Shown here: one piece after another, positions 18,444 through 27,381 of the stretch
Numbering within the stretch: position 1 is the first letter of the stretch
How the letters are laid out: every line of letters starts with the position of its first letter
Source of the DNA: Armatimonadota bacterium
GTDB taxonomy: Bacteria; Armatimonadota; HRBIN16
Length of the DNA stretch: 64,000 nt
Assembly (NCBI GenBank): GCA_963677485.1
Contig: OY781964.1
Location: 1,696,001 to 1,760,000, forward strand
Direction of reading: 5' to 3'
The notes under the pieces: generated by a model
The model's database searches: none
The model's input: the letters and a program-made list of their open reading frames with translations, nothing else
What the model was told of the DNA's origin: nothing
Made by a program: the position numbers and the translations under genes

Positions 18444-19760
18444 TCACGCCTTGTCCAGCGACTGCGCCAGTGCCACGCTCTTCTCTACCAGAATCTCATC
18501 GGCGCCCAGACCGAACGCGGTCAGCAGCCCGGTGAAACAGCGGCACGAGGTATCCGCACCGTAGCCGCCGCGCTCTTTGGCCCAGCGGCTCGGTAGATAG
18601 CCGTGCTCGCCGTTGGCGTATCCCACAAACGCGGTTTTACCGATGCCTAGTGCCGCCTTCACGCGGGTGGCGATGTCGCTGTAGCTCTCAAACGGCACGG
18701 CGATCAGCTTGAACTCATTAATGGAAAGCGCCGCGATCTCCGCCATAAACGTGGAAGGAACCATCCCGCGGGCCGCCGCATCGAGCATATCACCCGCCCA
18801 GGAAAGGAACAGGTCGGCATTCCCCAGCGGTTTAGGAATGGCCGATTCACACTCTCCACGGTTAACATCGGCTTCCCACTCCGCCACCAGCCGGTTGATC
18901 TCATCAGGCGAGAAAGGCGGGTCCAGCGGCAGCTCCACCACACCAACTGCCATATTCAACTCCACCTCATGGCTCCAGCGTGCATTTTCTAGCGAGCTCA
19001 CCGCGTGCTCTGCGAGGGTGGTGCCCATCTGATCGCAATCCTCAAAGCTCCCCGTGCCCCAACCGCGGTCGCGATAAACCACGGGGTCGACATCGCCGCA
19101 CGCTCCCTGCAGATACAGCCCGACCCCACCTCGTAAAACAGAGACAGTACCCGCGGCAACCGCCGGGAAGTCACCGGAGAGCAGCAGGTTGGATGGCCCC
19201 ATCGTGACGGCGTGGGTGGCGTAGTTCAGAATCGTGGCGATCGGCCGGCCGTCGAGCGTGTCCAGCGCGATGCTCGCCAGCTCGGTATCGATGGGGCGGT
19301 TGTTGTCATCGCGGTTGTAGCCGATTCCCTCCACTACAGCACTGCCGAAGGCGATCTGCGCGGGAACAAGCCGGCTCTCCAACCCAACCACCATGTTCAC
19401 AATGCTGGCGAACGCGCGGGTCAGCCAGATTTCGTCCGTCTGCCCCATCACCCCGCGGGTGGCAGAGCTGGCCGGTCCGGAATGGGTGTGAGTGCTGCAG
19501 ATGAGGATGTTTTTGGCGGGAATGGTGCTGCGAGAGGCGATCCGAGCGCGCATCTCCCAGCACTGCGCAGAGGTAAACCCTAAGAAGTCGCAGGAGATAA
19601 TCGCCACACGGCTGGTGCCGTCATCCAGAAGCACCCCCTGCGCACAAATGGGGTCATGCTCGCCTGTCGACGGCTCCGTGCGGGCGGAAAACCCGCACAA
19701 CCAGACGCCGGGTGTCGGGCACAGATCCACTCGGCCGGCGGCGGCTCTTAGTTGTCCCAT
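18444..19760 (-). CDS. Neutral/alkaline ceramidase-like amidohydrolase
   Basis: GFSAR...GEHDP, STHTHSGP, NYATHA, QGACGDVDP and GYANG..GYLP motifs. Confidence 0.8.
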   Translation of the reverse strand: MGQLRAAAGRVDLCPTPGVWLCGFSARTEPSTGEHDPICAQGVLLDDGTSRVAIISCDFLGFTSAQCWEMRARIASRSTIPAKNILICSTHTHSGPASSATRGVMGQTDEIWLTRAFASIVNMVVGLESRLVPAQIAFGSAVVEGIGYNRDDNNRPIDTELASIALDTLDGRPIATILNYATHAVTMGPSNLLLSGDFPAVAAGTVSVLRGGVGLYLQGACGDVDPVVYRDRGWGTGSFEDCDQMGTTLAEHAVSSLENARWSHEVELNMAVGVVELPLDPPFSPDEINRLVAEWEADVNRGECESAIPKPLGNADLFLSWAGDMLDAAARGMVPSTFMAEIAALSINEFKLIAVPFESYSDIATRVKAALGIGKTAFVGYANGEHGYLPSRWAKERGGYGADTSCRCFTGLLTAFGLGADEILVEKSVALAQSLDKA

Positions 19761-19761
19761 G

Positions 19762-21018
19762 TTACTGCAGCTCCTTTAAGTTGTCACATACTTTGCGGAT
19801 GGCGTCGCCGATGCTTCGCACAGCCTCACCATCGGCCAGCAGCGCCTGGTGGCTGATCCAGCAGGTGTCCTCACAGACCTGCTCGCACACGGGGCAACTG
19901 ACGCTCGAGTAGTCCACTGGGCGTCCATAAAAGCCGCATGTGACCGGGCATCCCGCCGCGTTCGGCTCAAACGACTGGAATACCGGCTGGCGATAGAGCG
20001 GAATCGGGTATCCGGTGCCGATGGGCACTCCCTCCGCCTGGCACGCTGCGATGAACTGCTCGCGGCTGATGCCCAACACCGTGGAATCCAGCCGGAGAGT
20101 ATACATATGGTAGCTGCGGCGGGGCATCCTTGGCTCCGGTTTGGTCAGCGAGATACCCGGGATGCCTGCCAATGCGTCGTTTAGGATGGCGGCGTTCTCC
20201 ATCCGCTTCAAAGTCTGCGCCTCCAGGCGGCTGAGCTGCGCCAGCAAGATCGCGGCTTGGAACTCGGTGATTCGCAGGTTGCTGGCCATCACGTAGTGCT
20301 TATACCACTCACCGCCCTTGATGCGCCCGCAGTTGATCACGCTGGCGCAGGCGTCGGCTACGGCCTCATCATCGGTGACGATGATTCCGCCCTCTCCGCT
20401 GCTGATGTTCTTGGAGGCTTGGAAGCTGAAAACACCGCACGAGCCCAGCGTGCCCGCGCCTTTGCCCTTCCACTGGCTGCCCCAGGCGTGGCAGGCATCC
20501 TCCACGATCAGCAGGCCGTGCGCTTTCGCGATCTGCCCCAGACGGTCCATATCGGCCATATACCCGCCGAAATGCACGGGCATAATCGCCTTCGTCTTGT
20601 CGGTGATCTTCCGTTCCACATCCACCGGGTCGAGGCAAAGCGTGTCAGGTTCGATATCCGCAAAAACCGGGATGGCGTTGGCCCTCAGCACGGCGGAGGC
20701 CGTGGCCAGAAATGTGTAGGGCGGCACGATCACCTCATCGCCGGCACCGATGCCGAGTGCCATGAAGGCCGCCTCCAGGGCGGTGGTGCCGTTGGAGACG
20801 GTGACTCCGAATTTAGCCCCCTGGAACTGCGCGAACTCGCGCTCGAACTGGTGAACCTGCTCTCCAAACCACCAGTTCCCCGATTCGAGCACATTGTTGA
20901 GGTTTGTACGCTCTGCATCGTCCCAAACCGGCCATTGGGGCCACTGGTGGTCACAGCTCTTCGCACCCCCGTTGATCGCCAGGATGCCGGTGTTCGGTTC
21001 GTTGGGTGTCGTCATCAT
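19762..21018 (-). CDS. DegT/DnrJ/EryC1/StrS PLP-dependent aminotransferase
   Basis: SNGTTAL, EDACHAWG and PLP-lysine motif FSFQASKNISSGEGG. Start at the ATG with GGAG RBS. Confidence 0.92.
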   Translation of the reverse strand: MMTTPNEPNTGILAINGGAKSCDHQWPQWPVWDDAERTNLNNVLESGNWWFGEQVHQFEREFAQFQGAKFGVTVSNGTTALEAAFMALGIGAGDEVIVPPYTFLATASAVLRANAIPVFADIEPDTLCLDPVDVERKITDKTKAIMPVHFGGYMADMDRLGQIAKAHGLLIVEDACHAWGSQWKGKGAGTLGSCGVFSFQASKNISSGEGGIIVTDDEAVADACASVINCGRIKGGEWYKHYVMASNLRITEFQAAILLAQLSRLEAQTLKRMENAAILNDALAGIPGISLTKPEPRMPRRSYHMYTLRLDSTVLGISREQFIAACQAEGVPIGTGYPIPLYRQPVFQSFEPNAAGCPVTCGFYGRPVDYSSVSCPVCEQVCEDTCWISHQALLADGEAVRSIGDAIRKVCDNLKELQ

Positions 21019-21084
21019 GTCACTCCAGGGCTTGTCATTTGGTACGGCGTCGGTGCTGCCAGACGGCGCGGTACTTATGAACAG

Positions 21085-21113
21085 ATTATATCTGACGGCT
21101 GCCCGCACTTCAA
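21085..21113 (-). promoter_or_regulatory. Sigma70-type promoter for the DegT/ceramidase-like operon
   Basis: TTGAAG-N17-TATAAT on the minus strand. Confidence 0.65.
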
Positions 21114-21412
21114 CGACCAACCGCCTCATCGCCTTCGGCCCGGATCGCATCCAGCGACTTCCAGTATTCCGCCAACTGCTGCCGTCCCGTTTCGGTGATG
21201 CGGTAAGCCGTATGAGGCAGCTTGTTCTGAAAGCTCTTCTCGATTACGATATACCCGGCCTGCTCGAGCTTGGTGGTATGCACTGACAAGTTGCCCTTGC
21301 TGAGTTTGAAGGTATTCAACAGGAAGGTGAAATCGGCCTCAGCTAATGCAGACAACAACACCAGAATCCGTAGGCGGGTCGGCTGGTGGATCAGCTCATC
21401 AAGCTCCTGCAT
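21110..21412 (-). CDS. Winged-HTH transcriptional regulator (HTH_34/ArsR-MarR-like)
   Basis: MQELDELIHQPTRLRIL...GNLSVHTTKLEQAGYI...YRITETGR; start overlaps the end of the upstream gene. Confidence 0.9.
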   Translation of the reverse strand: MQELDELIHQPTRLRILVLLSALAEADFTFLLNTFKLSKGNLSVHTTKLEQAGYIVIEKSFQNKLPHTAYRITETGRQQLAEYWKSLDAIRAEGDEAVGR

Positions 21413-22235
21413 GGTCACCGTCCTCGCCATCAGGTTCCTCGGTATCGTCAAGCGGGCTCAGGGCCGCGACCTGCAGCTTCAACAACGCGTACCGGCTGTA
21501 TAAGTGTTTAGCAAGGATGTAAAGCAACTGATACACGCTAAATGGCAGAAAGACTTCCATCAGCTGCTGTGCTGTTACATATATATGTCCACCCTCGGCT
21601 AACTGGCTGGCGGTAAACGCGGAGAGACGCACCCCAGCCAATATGAGCACCGCATGAATGGAATATAACGCAGGGAATATCAAACCGAGCCATTTCGGAT
21701 TATCTGCTCTGGCTATTTGCCAGATATATAAGGGCACGATCACCACGGCCATGGCTGGCTGAAGGAACACCCCAGGCACCTTGAGCACATTTATTACTAC
21801 ATTGATTGCCACATAGATGCCCCCAAGTATCAACCAGGGTAAGCTGAAGCATATCAGCATCGTCAGATATCTTGGACGAGTGCTCTGTTTGGATGGAGCT
21901 TGCCCGGCAGGAACTGCGTTTCCCTCTTGGCTCGATAATTTCAACGCGATACTCTGGAATATACGGTTTCGTCGACCAGTCACCGATAACCAGATCATAC
22001 TACCGATGATTGCCAGGTTGTAGATCACCGCCAGGGAGATCAGTACGGGGTGACCACCATGAGTTGATAACGCGATAAGGCTAGCTACTCCAAACGAGAG
22101 TGATCCTGAAAAGATGGCCACATAGATTATCATAACTAGGACAGGTTGTACTCGATTTCGGGCATATCGATCCGCCCATAACGGTAGTTCGGTACGTGGC
22201 CCATTTGTTGACTTCGATTTCTTGTTCATGGTCAT
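21399..22235 (-). CDS. Uncharacterised multi-pass membrane protein, paralog 3
   Basis: ELPLWADRYARNRV, QPAMAVVIVP, LYSIHAVLILAG and HLYSRYALLKLQ; about 6 TM segments. Confidence 0.85.
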   Translation of the reverse strand: MTMNKKSKSTNGPRTELPLWADRYARNRVQPVLVMIIYVAIFSGSLSFGVASLIALSTHGGHPVLISLAVIYNLAIIGSMIWLSVTGRRNRIFQSIALKLSSQEGNAVPAGQAPSKQSTRPRYLTMLICFSLPWLILGGIYVAINVVINVLKVPGVFLQPAMAVVIVPLYIWQIARADNPKWLGLIFPALYSIHAVLILAGVRLSAFTASQLAEGGHIYVTAQQLMEVFLPFSVYQLLYILAKHLYSRYALLKLQVAALSPLDDTEEPDGEDGDHAGA

Positions 22236-22274
22236 TACCTCCTATGGGTAATTCCGGGCATTGTTGTTGGCCGA

Positions 22275-22355
22275 TTATGCATATGAATTTGTGTATATGC
22301 GTAAGTGATTTGCAGGCTTGTGTATGGTTCTATCAAATGCACGAATATCACCCAT
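22275..22355 (-). pseudogene. Remnant of a winged-HTH gene (26-aa mini-ORF)
   Basis: MGDIRAFDRTIHKPANHLRIYTNSYA* overlaps the stop of paralog 2 and resembles MQELDELIHQPTRLRI of the intact regulator. Confidence 0.55.
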
Positions 22356-23157
22356 CCTGCCCGTCGGCCTCCTCTAGCTCACTAGGTGGAGTCAGTGCTG
22401 CGACCTGCAGTTTCAACAACGCATACCGGCTGTAGAGATGTTTGACGAGCAATGACAGCAGCGTATACAAGCATAACGGAAAAAACACATCCATGATCTG
22501 GTTGCCTGTAGGCCATCTGTGCGGATGTATCTTCTGCTCATTGCCCGAAAACACAGACAGATGCAGACCCGCCAGCACCAGCAGCGCATGGGCTGTGTAA
22601 AGTGAAGGCACAATCCATCCAAGCCATTTGGGATTATCGGCGCGGGTGATCGCCTGCCAAAACATGATCGGCACGATCACCGCAGCCATGGCCGGCTGCA
22701 AATCGGCTGATGGCACATGAAGTACGTGCAGGAAGAGATACATCAACAACAGCCATAACCACGGACCCAAAAACATAAAAAGCATCGCCACAACCTTTTC
22801 GGTCGTTTTAGGCACACGTTGTGGAGTGACAGGAACAGCTCTACCCTCCCGTTGGTAGAGGTTGCCCATGAATGTTTCATACATGGTAGTCAATCGACCT
22901 GTGACGGCCATCCAGCACACTGCCACCACCACAGCCAGATTGTAGATATATGCCAAGCCGATGAGTACCGGATTGCCGCCTCGCGCCAAAAACCTTAAGA
23001 GAACCGCGATGCCCAATGCAATAGCGGCAGCATAGAACGCGGCAATGACCAGCACCACAAGCACAGGAAGCACCCGATTTCGGGCGTAGCGATCAGCCCA
23101 TAGCGGCAACTCTTGACGTGAATCTGTCGGAGATACGTGGTGTCTAGTCATCATCAT
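22348..23157 (-). CDS. Uncharacterised multi-pass membrane protein, paralog 2
   Basis: Same conserved motifs; start overlaps the end of paralog 1. Confidence 0.85.
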   Translation of the reverse strand: MMMTRHHVSPTDSRQELPLWADRYARNRVLPVLVVLVIAAFYAAAIALGIAVLLRFLARGGNPVLIGLAYIYNLAVVVAVCWMAVTGRLTTMYETFMGNLYQREGRAVPVTPQRVPKTTEKVVAMLFMFLGPWLWLLLMYLFLHVLHVPSADLQPAMAAVIVPIMFWQAITRADNPKWLGWIVPSLYTAHALLVLAGLHLSVFSGNEQKIHPHRWPTGNQIMDVFFPLCLYTLLSLLVKHLYSRYALLKLQVAALTPPSELEEADGQDG

Positions 23158-23920
23158 GACCCCCGGATGAATACACTGACTCTTCCTCTGCGTTGTCCAA
23201 TGATTCCTGCGGCGTCAACACCGCGATCTGGAGTTTCAAGAGTGCATACCGGCTGTAGAAGTGCATCACCATCAGCGATATGACCGAATACACGAACAGT
23301 GGGATGAACGCATCAAGGTAGCTCACACCAAACGCGGGTACTGGCACACCTGCCAACACCAACACCGCATGAATGCCATAGAGCACTGGCATCAACAACC
23401 CTGGCCACTTCGGTGTTTCCGCACCTGCCAGAACCCCCCAGCTGATGAGCGGCACTATCACCACGGCGATGGCTGGTTGAAAGTACCTAGGCGGCACACC
23501 CAGCACATGGGTGAGCACATACAACAACAGCCAGGGGCCGACTAACAAGCTGCCCATGATGAGGTATGTTTTTAGTTTGCTGTGTACGGGCGTCGGTGTC
23601 GGGAGGGCAGGCACCACTACCCCTTCGTTTTCGTATAGCTTGGATGATAACCTCTTAAACCACCGCGTGTTGCGTCCGGTGATGATGGCCCAGAACAGGG
23701 TTAGTGTGATCGCCACATTCATGAAAATCGAGACGATGTACATGGCGGTGCTGTGTGAATGCATCAGCAGTATCGACGCTAATCCCTGCAGGGTGATTAA
23801 GAGCAGTACACCCACCATCCAGAGCAGGATCGGCAGCACGCGGTTCCGAGCGTATCGGCCCGCCCACAGCGGGATTTCACTTTGCGGATCATCTTTCGGT
23901 TTCGGCTTTGTTTTCATCAC
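23144..23920 (-). CDS. Uncharacterised multi-pass membrane protein, paralog 1
   Basis: EIPLWAGRYARNRVLP...HFYSRYALLKLQ. Confidence 0.85.
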   Translation of the reverse strand: MMKTKPKPKDDPQSEIPLWAGRYARNRVLPILLWMVGVLLLITLQGLASILLMHSHSTAMYIVSIFMNVAITLTLFWAIITGRNTRWFKRLSSKLYENEGVVVPALPTPTPVHSKLKTYLIMGSLLVGPWLLLYVLTHVLGVPPRYFQPAIAVVIVPLISWGVLAGAETPKWPGLLMPVLYGIHAVLVLAGVPVPAFGVSYLDAFIPLFVYSVISLMVMHFYSRYALLKLQIAVLTPQESLDNAEEESVYSSGGHDDD

Positions 23921-23969
23921 GATGACCTTCTGTGTGGGGTCACTACCTACTGTCCTCCATCACGAATCA

Positions 23970-24000
23970 AGTTTACCACACAAACTAGTTTGCTTGTCAA
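23970..24000 (-). promoter_or_regulatory. Promoter with overlapping operator-like palindromes for the membrane-protein/wHTH operon
   Basis: TTGACA followed by TGGTAAACT (19-bp spacer, extended -10), overlapped by AGTTT-N7-AAACT (23970-23986) and CAAACTAGTTTG (23981-23992). Confidence 0.6.
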
Positions 24001-24018
24001 GTATTTTTAGAGATAAAT

Positions 24019-24397
24019 CCACAGATTACACAGATGACGCCGATTTTGGGATGACCAGGGTCCAACGCAAAGGCGCAGAGGGGCAAAGGACGCAAAGGAA
24101 TCCGCTCGATCCGAGGTTCAGACAACTATTCACCACGAATTGAGACAAATGGGGAATTATCTCACGCGAAGACGCGAAAACGCGAAGGGTGGGGATGAGC
24201 CACCTCTCCATCCGAACCATCCGTGTAATCCGTGGTTCAGACAAAAGGCCGGCGCGGTCTGACGGTACGCTAGCGACTGTAGATGGCCCATGACCGCGCC
24301 GGTCAGAAACCCCTTCGCGCCGTCACCTGTGGTGTCGCGTCTTCGCATGAGACGGCCGCCATTCGTGTCTATTCGTGTCCATTCGTGGTTAGTGAAT
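24019..24397. repeat. Cluster of short periodic (8-10 bp) repeats arranged as nested inverted arms
   Basis: CCACAGATT/ACACAGATG, CGCAAAG, CACGAAT, ACGCGAAG, ATCCGTG and ATTCGTGTC triplets; see finding. Confidence 0.75.
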
Positions 24398-24499
24398 CAA
24401 CTGGGGTCTACGTGTGAAATATGCCCCGGTATAGCACTATTCGCTTCCCCATCGGGTACAATTCACAAAAGCGTTATCTCATCCAAGGGGTAGAACAGC

Positions 24500-25222
24500 A
24501 TGGACGATTCCGATTTCCTGCCACCCAGCCTGAAACTACAAGACATGCCCACTGACAGCCGCCCGCGCGAAAAGATGCACCTGAGGGGCGTCAACAGCTT
24601 GGAGGACCACGAGCTGCTGGCCATCCTGCTGAGGGTCGGCATGAAGGGCAAAAACGCCGTGCAGTTGGCGCAGGAGATTCTCTCTGAGCTGGGCGACACG
24701 CGCCAGATCGCCCAACGGTCACCCGACGACCTGCTGATGGAGCTCACCTCCATCCCCGGCGTGGGGCCCGCCAAGGCCTGCCAGATCGTCGCCGCGATTG
24801 AGCTGGGGCGAAGGGTGGAGCGCAGCCAGCTCAACCCGAAGGAGCAGATCGACCTGGCGGATGCAAGCATGGCGAAGCAGTATCTGCAGTCCGTGTTGCG
24901 TTATGAGGAGTCGGAGATGGTGCTGCTTCTGGTGCTGGACTCGCACCACCGGTTGAAAACACAACGGGTGATCTTTCAAGGCACGGTCTCCGAGACATTT
25001 CTGAGCCCCAGGGAGGTCTACACCATAGCCTTGCGGCTGGGTGCGGCGGGTATCATGCTGGCACACAACCACCCGTCTGGTGATCCCGCCCCCAGCACGG
25101 CGGACATCATGGCCACTAAACGCATCAAACAGGCTGGCGAGATGATTGGAATACCCCTCATTGACCACATTGTGGTGGGTGACCCCGATGTGATCAGCAT
25201 GAAATGCGCAGGAATCATGTAG
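24500..25222 (+). CDS. radC: RadC family JAB-domain protein
   Basis: RPREKM, ELLAILL, HhH IPGVGPAKA, HNHPSGDPAPSTADI and LIDHIVVG. Confidence 0.95.
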   Translation: MDDSDFLPPSLKLQDMPTDSRPREKMHLRGVNSLEDHELLAILLRVGMKGKNAVQLAQEILSELGDTRQIAQRSPDDLLMELTSIPGVGPAKACQIVAAIELGRRVERSQLNPKEQIDLADASMAKQYLQSVLRYEESEMVLLLVLDSHHRLKTQRVIFQGTVSETFLSPREVYTIALRLGAAGIMLAHNHPSGDPAPSTADIMATKRIKQAGEMIGIPLIDHIVVGDPDVISMKCAGIM

Positions 25223-25255
25223 CATATCAGTAATACGCCATTCCGAGGTCTTGCC

Positions 25256-26815
25256 ATGAACACCAATCATCGCACCATCAGACGATATGCTGAGCTGTTG
25301 CTTGCCATCGCCTGCCTGTCCCCAATGCTTCGCGCGGCGGTGCCTGCGCCGAAGGCTGCGCAATCGGAGATACAGGTGGGCGCGTTCTACTTCCCCGGCT
25401 GGGCCTCCGAGGACCGCTGGTATTGCATGGCCGCGAACCCCGCAGTGCTGCACCCGCAGATGGGGTATTACCGCGAAGGATCGCCTGAGGTGGCCGACTG
25501 GCAGATCAAGCAGGCGGTGGAGCACGGCGTCAGCTTCTTCGCATTCGATTATTACTCCAACCACGGCAGCCAGTGGCTTGAGACCGCGCTGGATGAGGGC
25601 TTCCTGAAGTGCAAGAACATCAAGCAGTTCAAGTTCTGCCTGAACTGGTGCAACGAGATATCCGATGCCGACGAACTTCAGCTACTAGGCGATATCATCA
25701 TCAAGAAGTATCTCACCCACCCCTCCTATCTGAAGGTCGACGGCAAGCCGGTGCTGATGATACTCGGAGGCAGCAGCTTTGCACAAAACCTCGGTGTGGA
25801 ACAAGCGCGTCAGAAATTCGATGCGCTGGAGCAGCGTTGCAAACAGGCTGGTCTGAAGGGCCTCTACTTGATGTTCGGTGACGGTGCCGTGGTGAGCACT
25901 GAGGTGGTTAAGAACGGCTTTGCCAGCGGGGCCGACGGCTATTTCCTGTATAACTACCCGTATGCCGGGGTGCCCGGAGCCGCTCCTGGTAAACACGACG
26001 AAGCAAGCTATGAACACCTTATCCAACAAGCGAACGGCTTGATGAAGCACTGGCAGGGCGTCACTGACGGTCGGTTCTGGCCCACGGTGATGGCGGGCTG
26101 GGACCGCCGTCCCTGGACCAAACAGGCCGACCTTCGCCGCACCGGCACCACACCGGAGCTGTTTGCGAAGTCGCTAAAGAGCCTGAAGCCGATGGTCAAT
26201 GAGCAGCGCATCCTATTGATTGAGGCCTGGAATGAATGGGGTGAGGGCTCTATACTCGAGCCCAGTAGGGAGCAGGGATGCGCCTATCTAGATAAAGTGC
26301 GCGAGCTGTTTTGCCCGAAATCAGGACCACATCCCAAATCCGATGTGAAGCTCATGCAGGCTACAGCCCCTCAGTTCCGTTTTGAGCTGCCTTCCAGGAA
26401 GAGCTGGAGTTTTAATGACAACTTATTGGGCTGTACCCCTTCCGGCATGAGTGACGTCAAGGTCCGGGGCGGAGAGGTATCGGGTGTCGCAACAGGTAAT
26501 GATCCGCAGCTCCTTAGCCCACTCTGTTATCTGGAGTGCAGCCAAACGCCACGGGTGCGATTCCGAATGCGGGCTGCCGATCCCGCAAAGACGGGTGGAG
26601 TCAGTGAAGGGGAGTTCTTCTGGTCAACGGTGGATTCCGATATGAATGGCGACACGCGCATACCATTCGTGATACAGCAAGACGGCCAATGGCATACCTA
26701 CGAGCTTGATTTGAGCAAAAGCCCCTTCTGGAAGGGCCGCACAGACCGCTTCCGTCTGGACCCCGGCAACACACCGGGTGCAACAATTGAGGTAGACGAA
26801 ATCCAGTTTGATTGA
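25256..26815 (+). CDS. Secreted GH99-like/WbsX-family glycoside hydrolase with C-terminal CBM-like domain
   Basis: GAFYFPGW, FCLNWCNE, GWDRRPW, EAWNEWGEGS..EP; C-terminal FRLDP. Confidence 0.8.
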   Translation: MNTNHRTIRRYAELLLAIACLSPMLRAAVPAPKAAQSEIQVGAFYFPGWASEDRWYCMAANPAVLHPQMGYYREGSPEVADWQIKQAVEHGVSFFAFDYYSNHGSQWLETALDEGFLKCKNIKQFKFCLNWCNEISDADELQLLGDIIIKKYLTHPSYLKVDGKPVLMILGGSSFAQNLGVEQARQKFDALEQRCKQAGLKGLYLMFGDGAVVSTEVVKNGFASGADGYFLYNYPYAGVPGAAPGKHDEASYEHLIQQANGLMKHWQGVTDGRFWPTVMAGWDRRPWTKQADLRRTGTTPELFAKSLKSLKPMVNEQRILLIEAWNEWGEGSILEPSREQGCAYLDKVRELFCPKSGPHPKSDVKLMQATAPQFRFELPSRKSWSFNDNLLGCTPSGMSDVKVRGGEVSGVATGNDPQLLSPLCYLECSQTPRVRFRMRAADPAKTGGVSEGEFFWSTVDSDMNGDTRIPFVIQQDGQWHTYELDLSKSPFWKGRTDRFRLDPGNTPGATIEVDEIQFD

Positions 26816-27381
26816 TAGCGCGTAGGCCTCATTTTGCCACTTTCCGGGGCGGTTCTCCCTCAGAACGGCGCGGTCTATTGCCTTCTGCTATTGCTAACGT
26901 ACTGACAGACCGCCCCGGACATAGGCATTTAAGGTTGCGAAGTATCGACACATACGTGATCCACCATTCGTAGTAGGGGGGGTGTGAACATCCGCCTAAT
27001 CCGTCCGATTATCATCACACACCAAAAGTCGTTACCGTCAACTGTGATGATCCGGCAATCTGTGGCACAGGTGATACCCATCACAAGCAATTCTGGCATG
27101 TGAATCGCACAATTGAACTGAATTCACTGTTTTCGAGAACAGCCGTGCTCTGCATGTGAGCTCTCGAAGTGGGAATGGCTCGTCCGCCAGAACGGCGCAG
27201 TACAGCCTGTTAATATCGATATTTCAATCAAGCATACCTGCTTGCACGCAAATATGTACCAGGAATACGCAAATACCACACCAATTCTCTATGATAACCG
27301 TCCATCACCCCTTGCATTTCTCCCTCAGTGTGTTATTATTCCTTAAAAGCACACAATTTCCGGGGTATTCTGGAGGACAAC

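Noticed and set aside
24500-25222. radC as a marker of an integrated element
   Set aside because: It is the full-length HhH+JAB chromosomal type, with no integrase or att site nearby.
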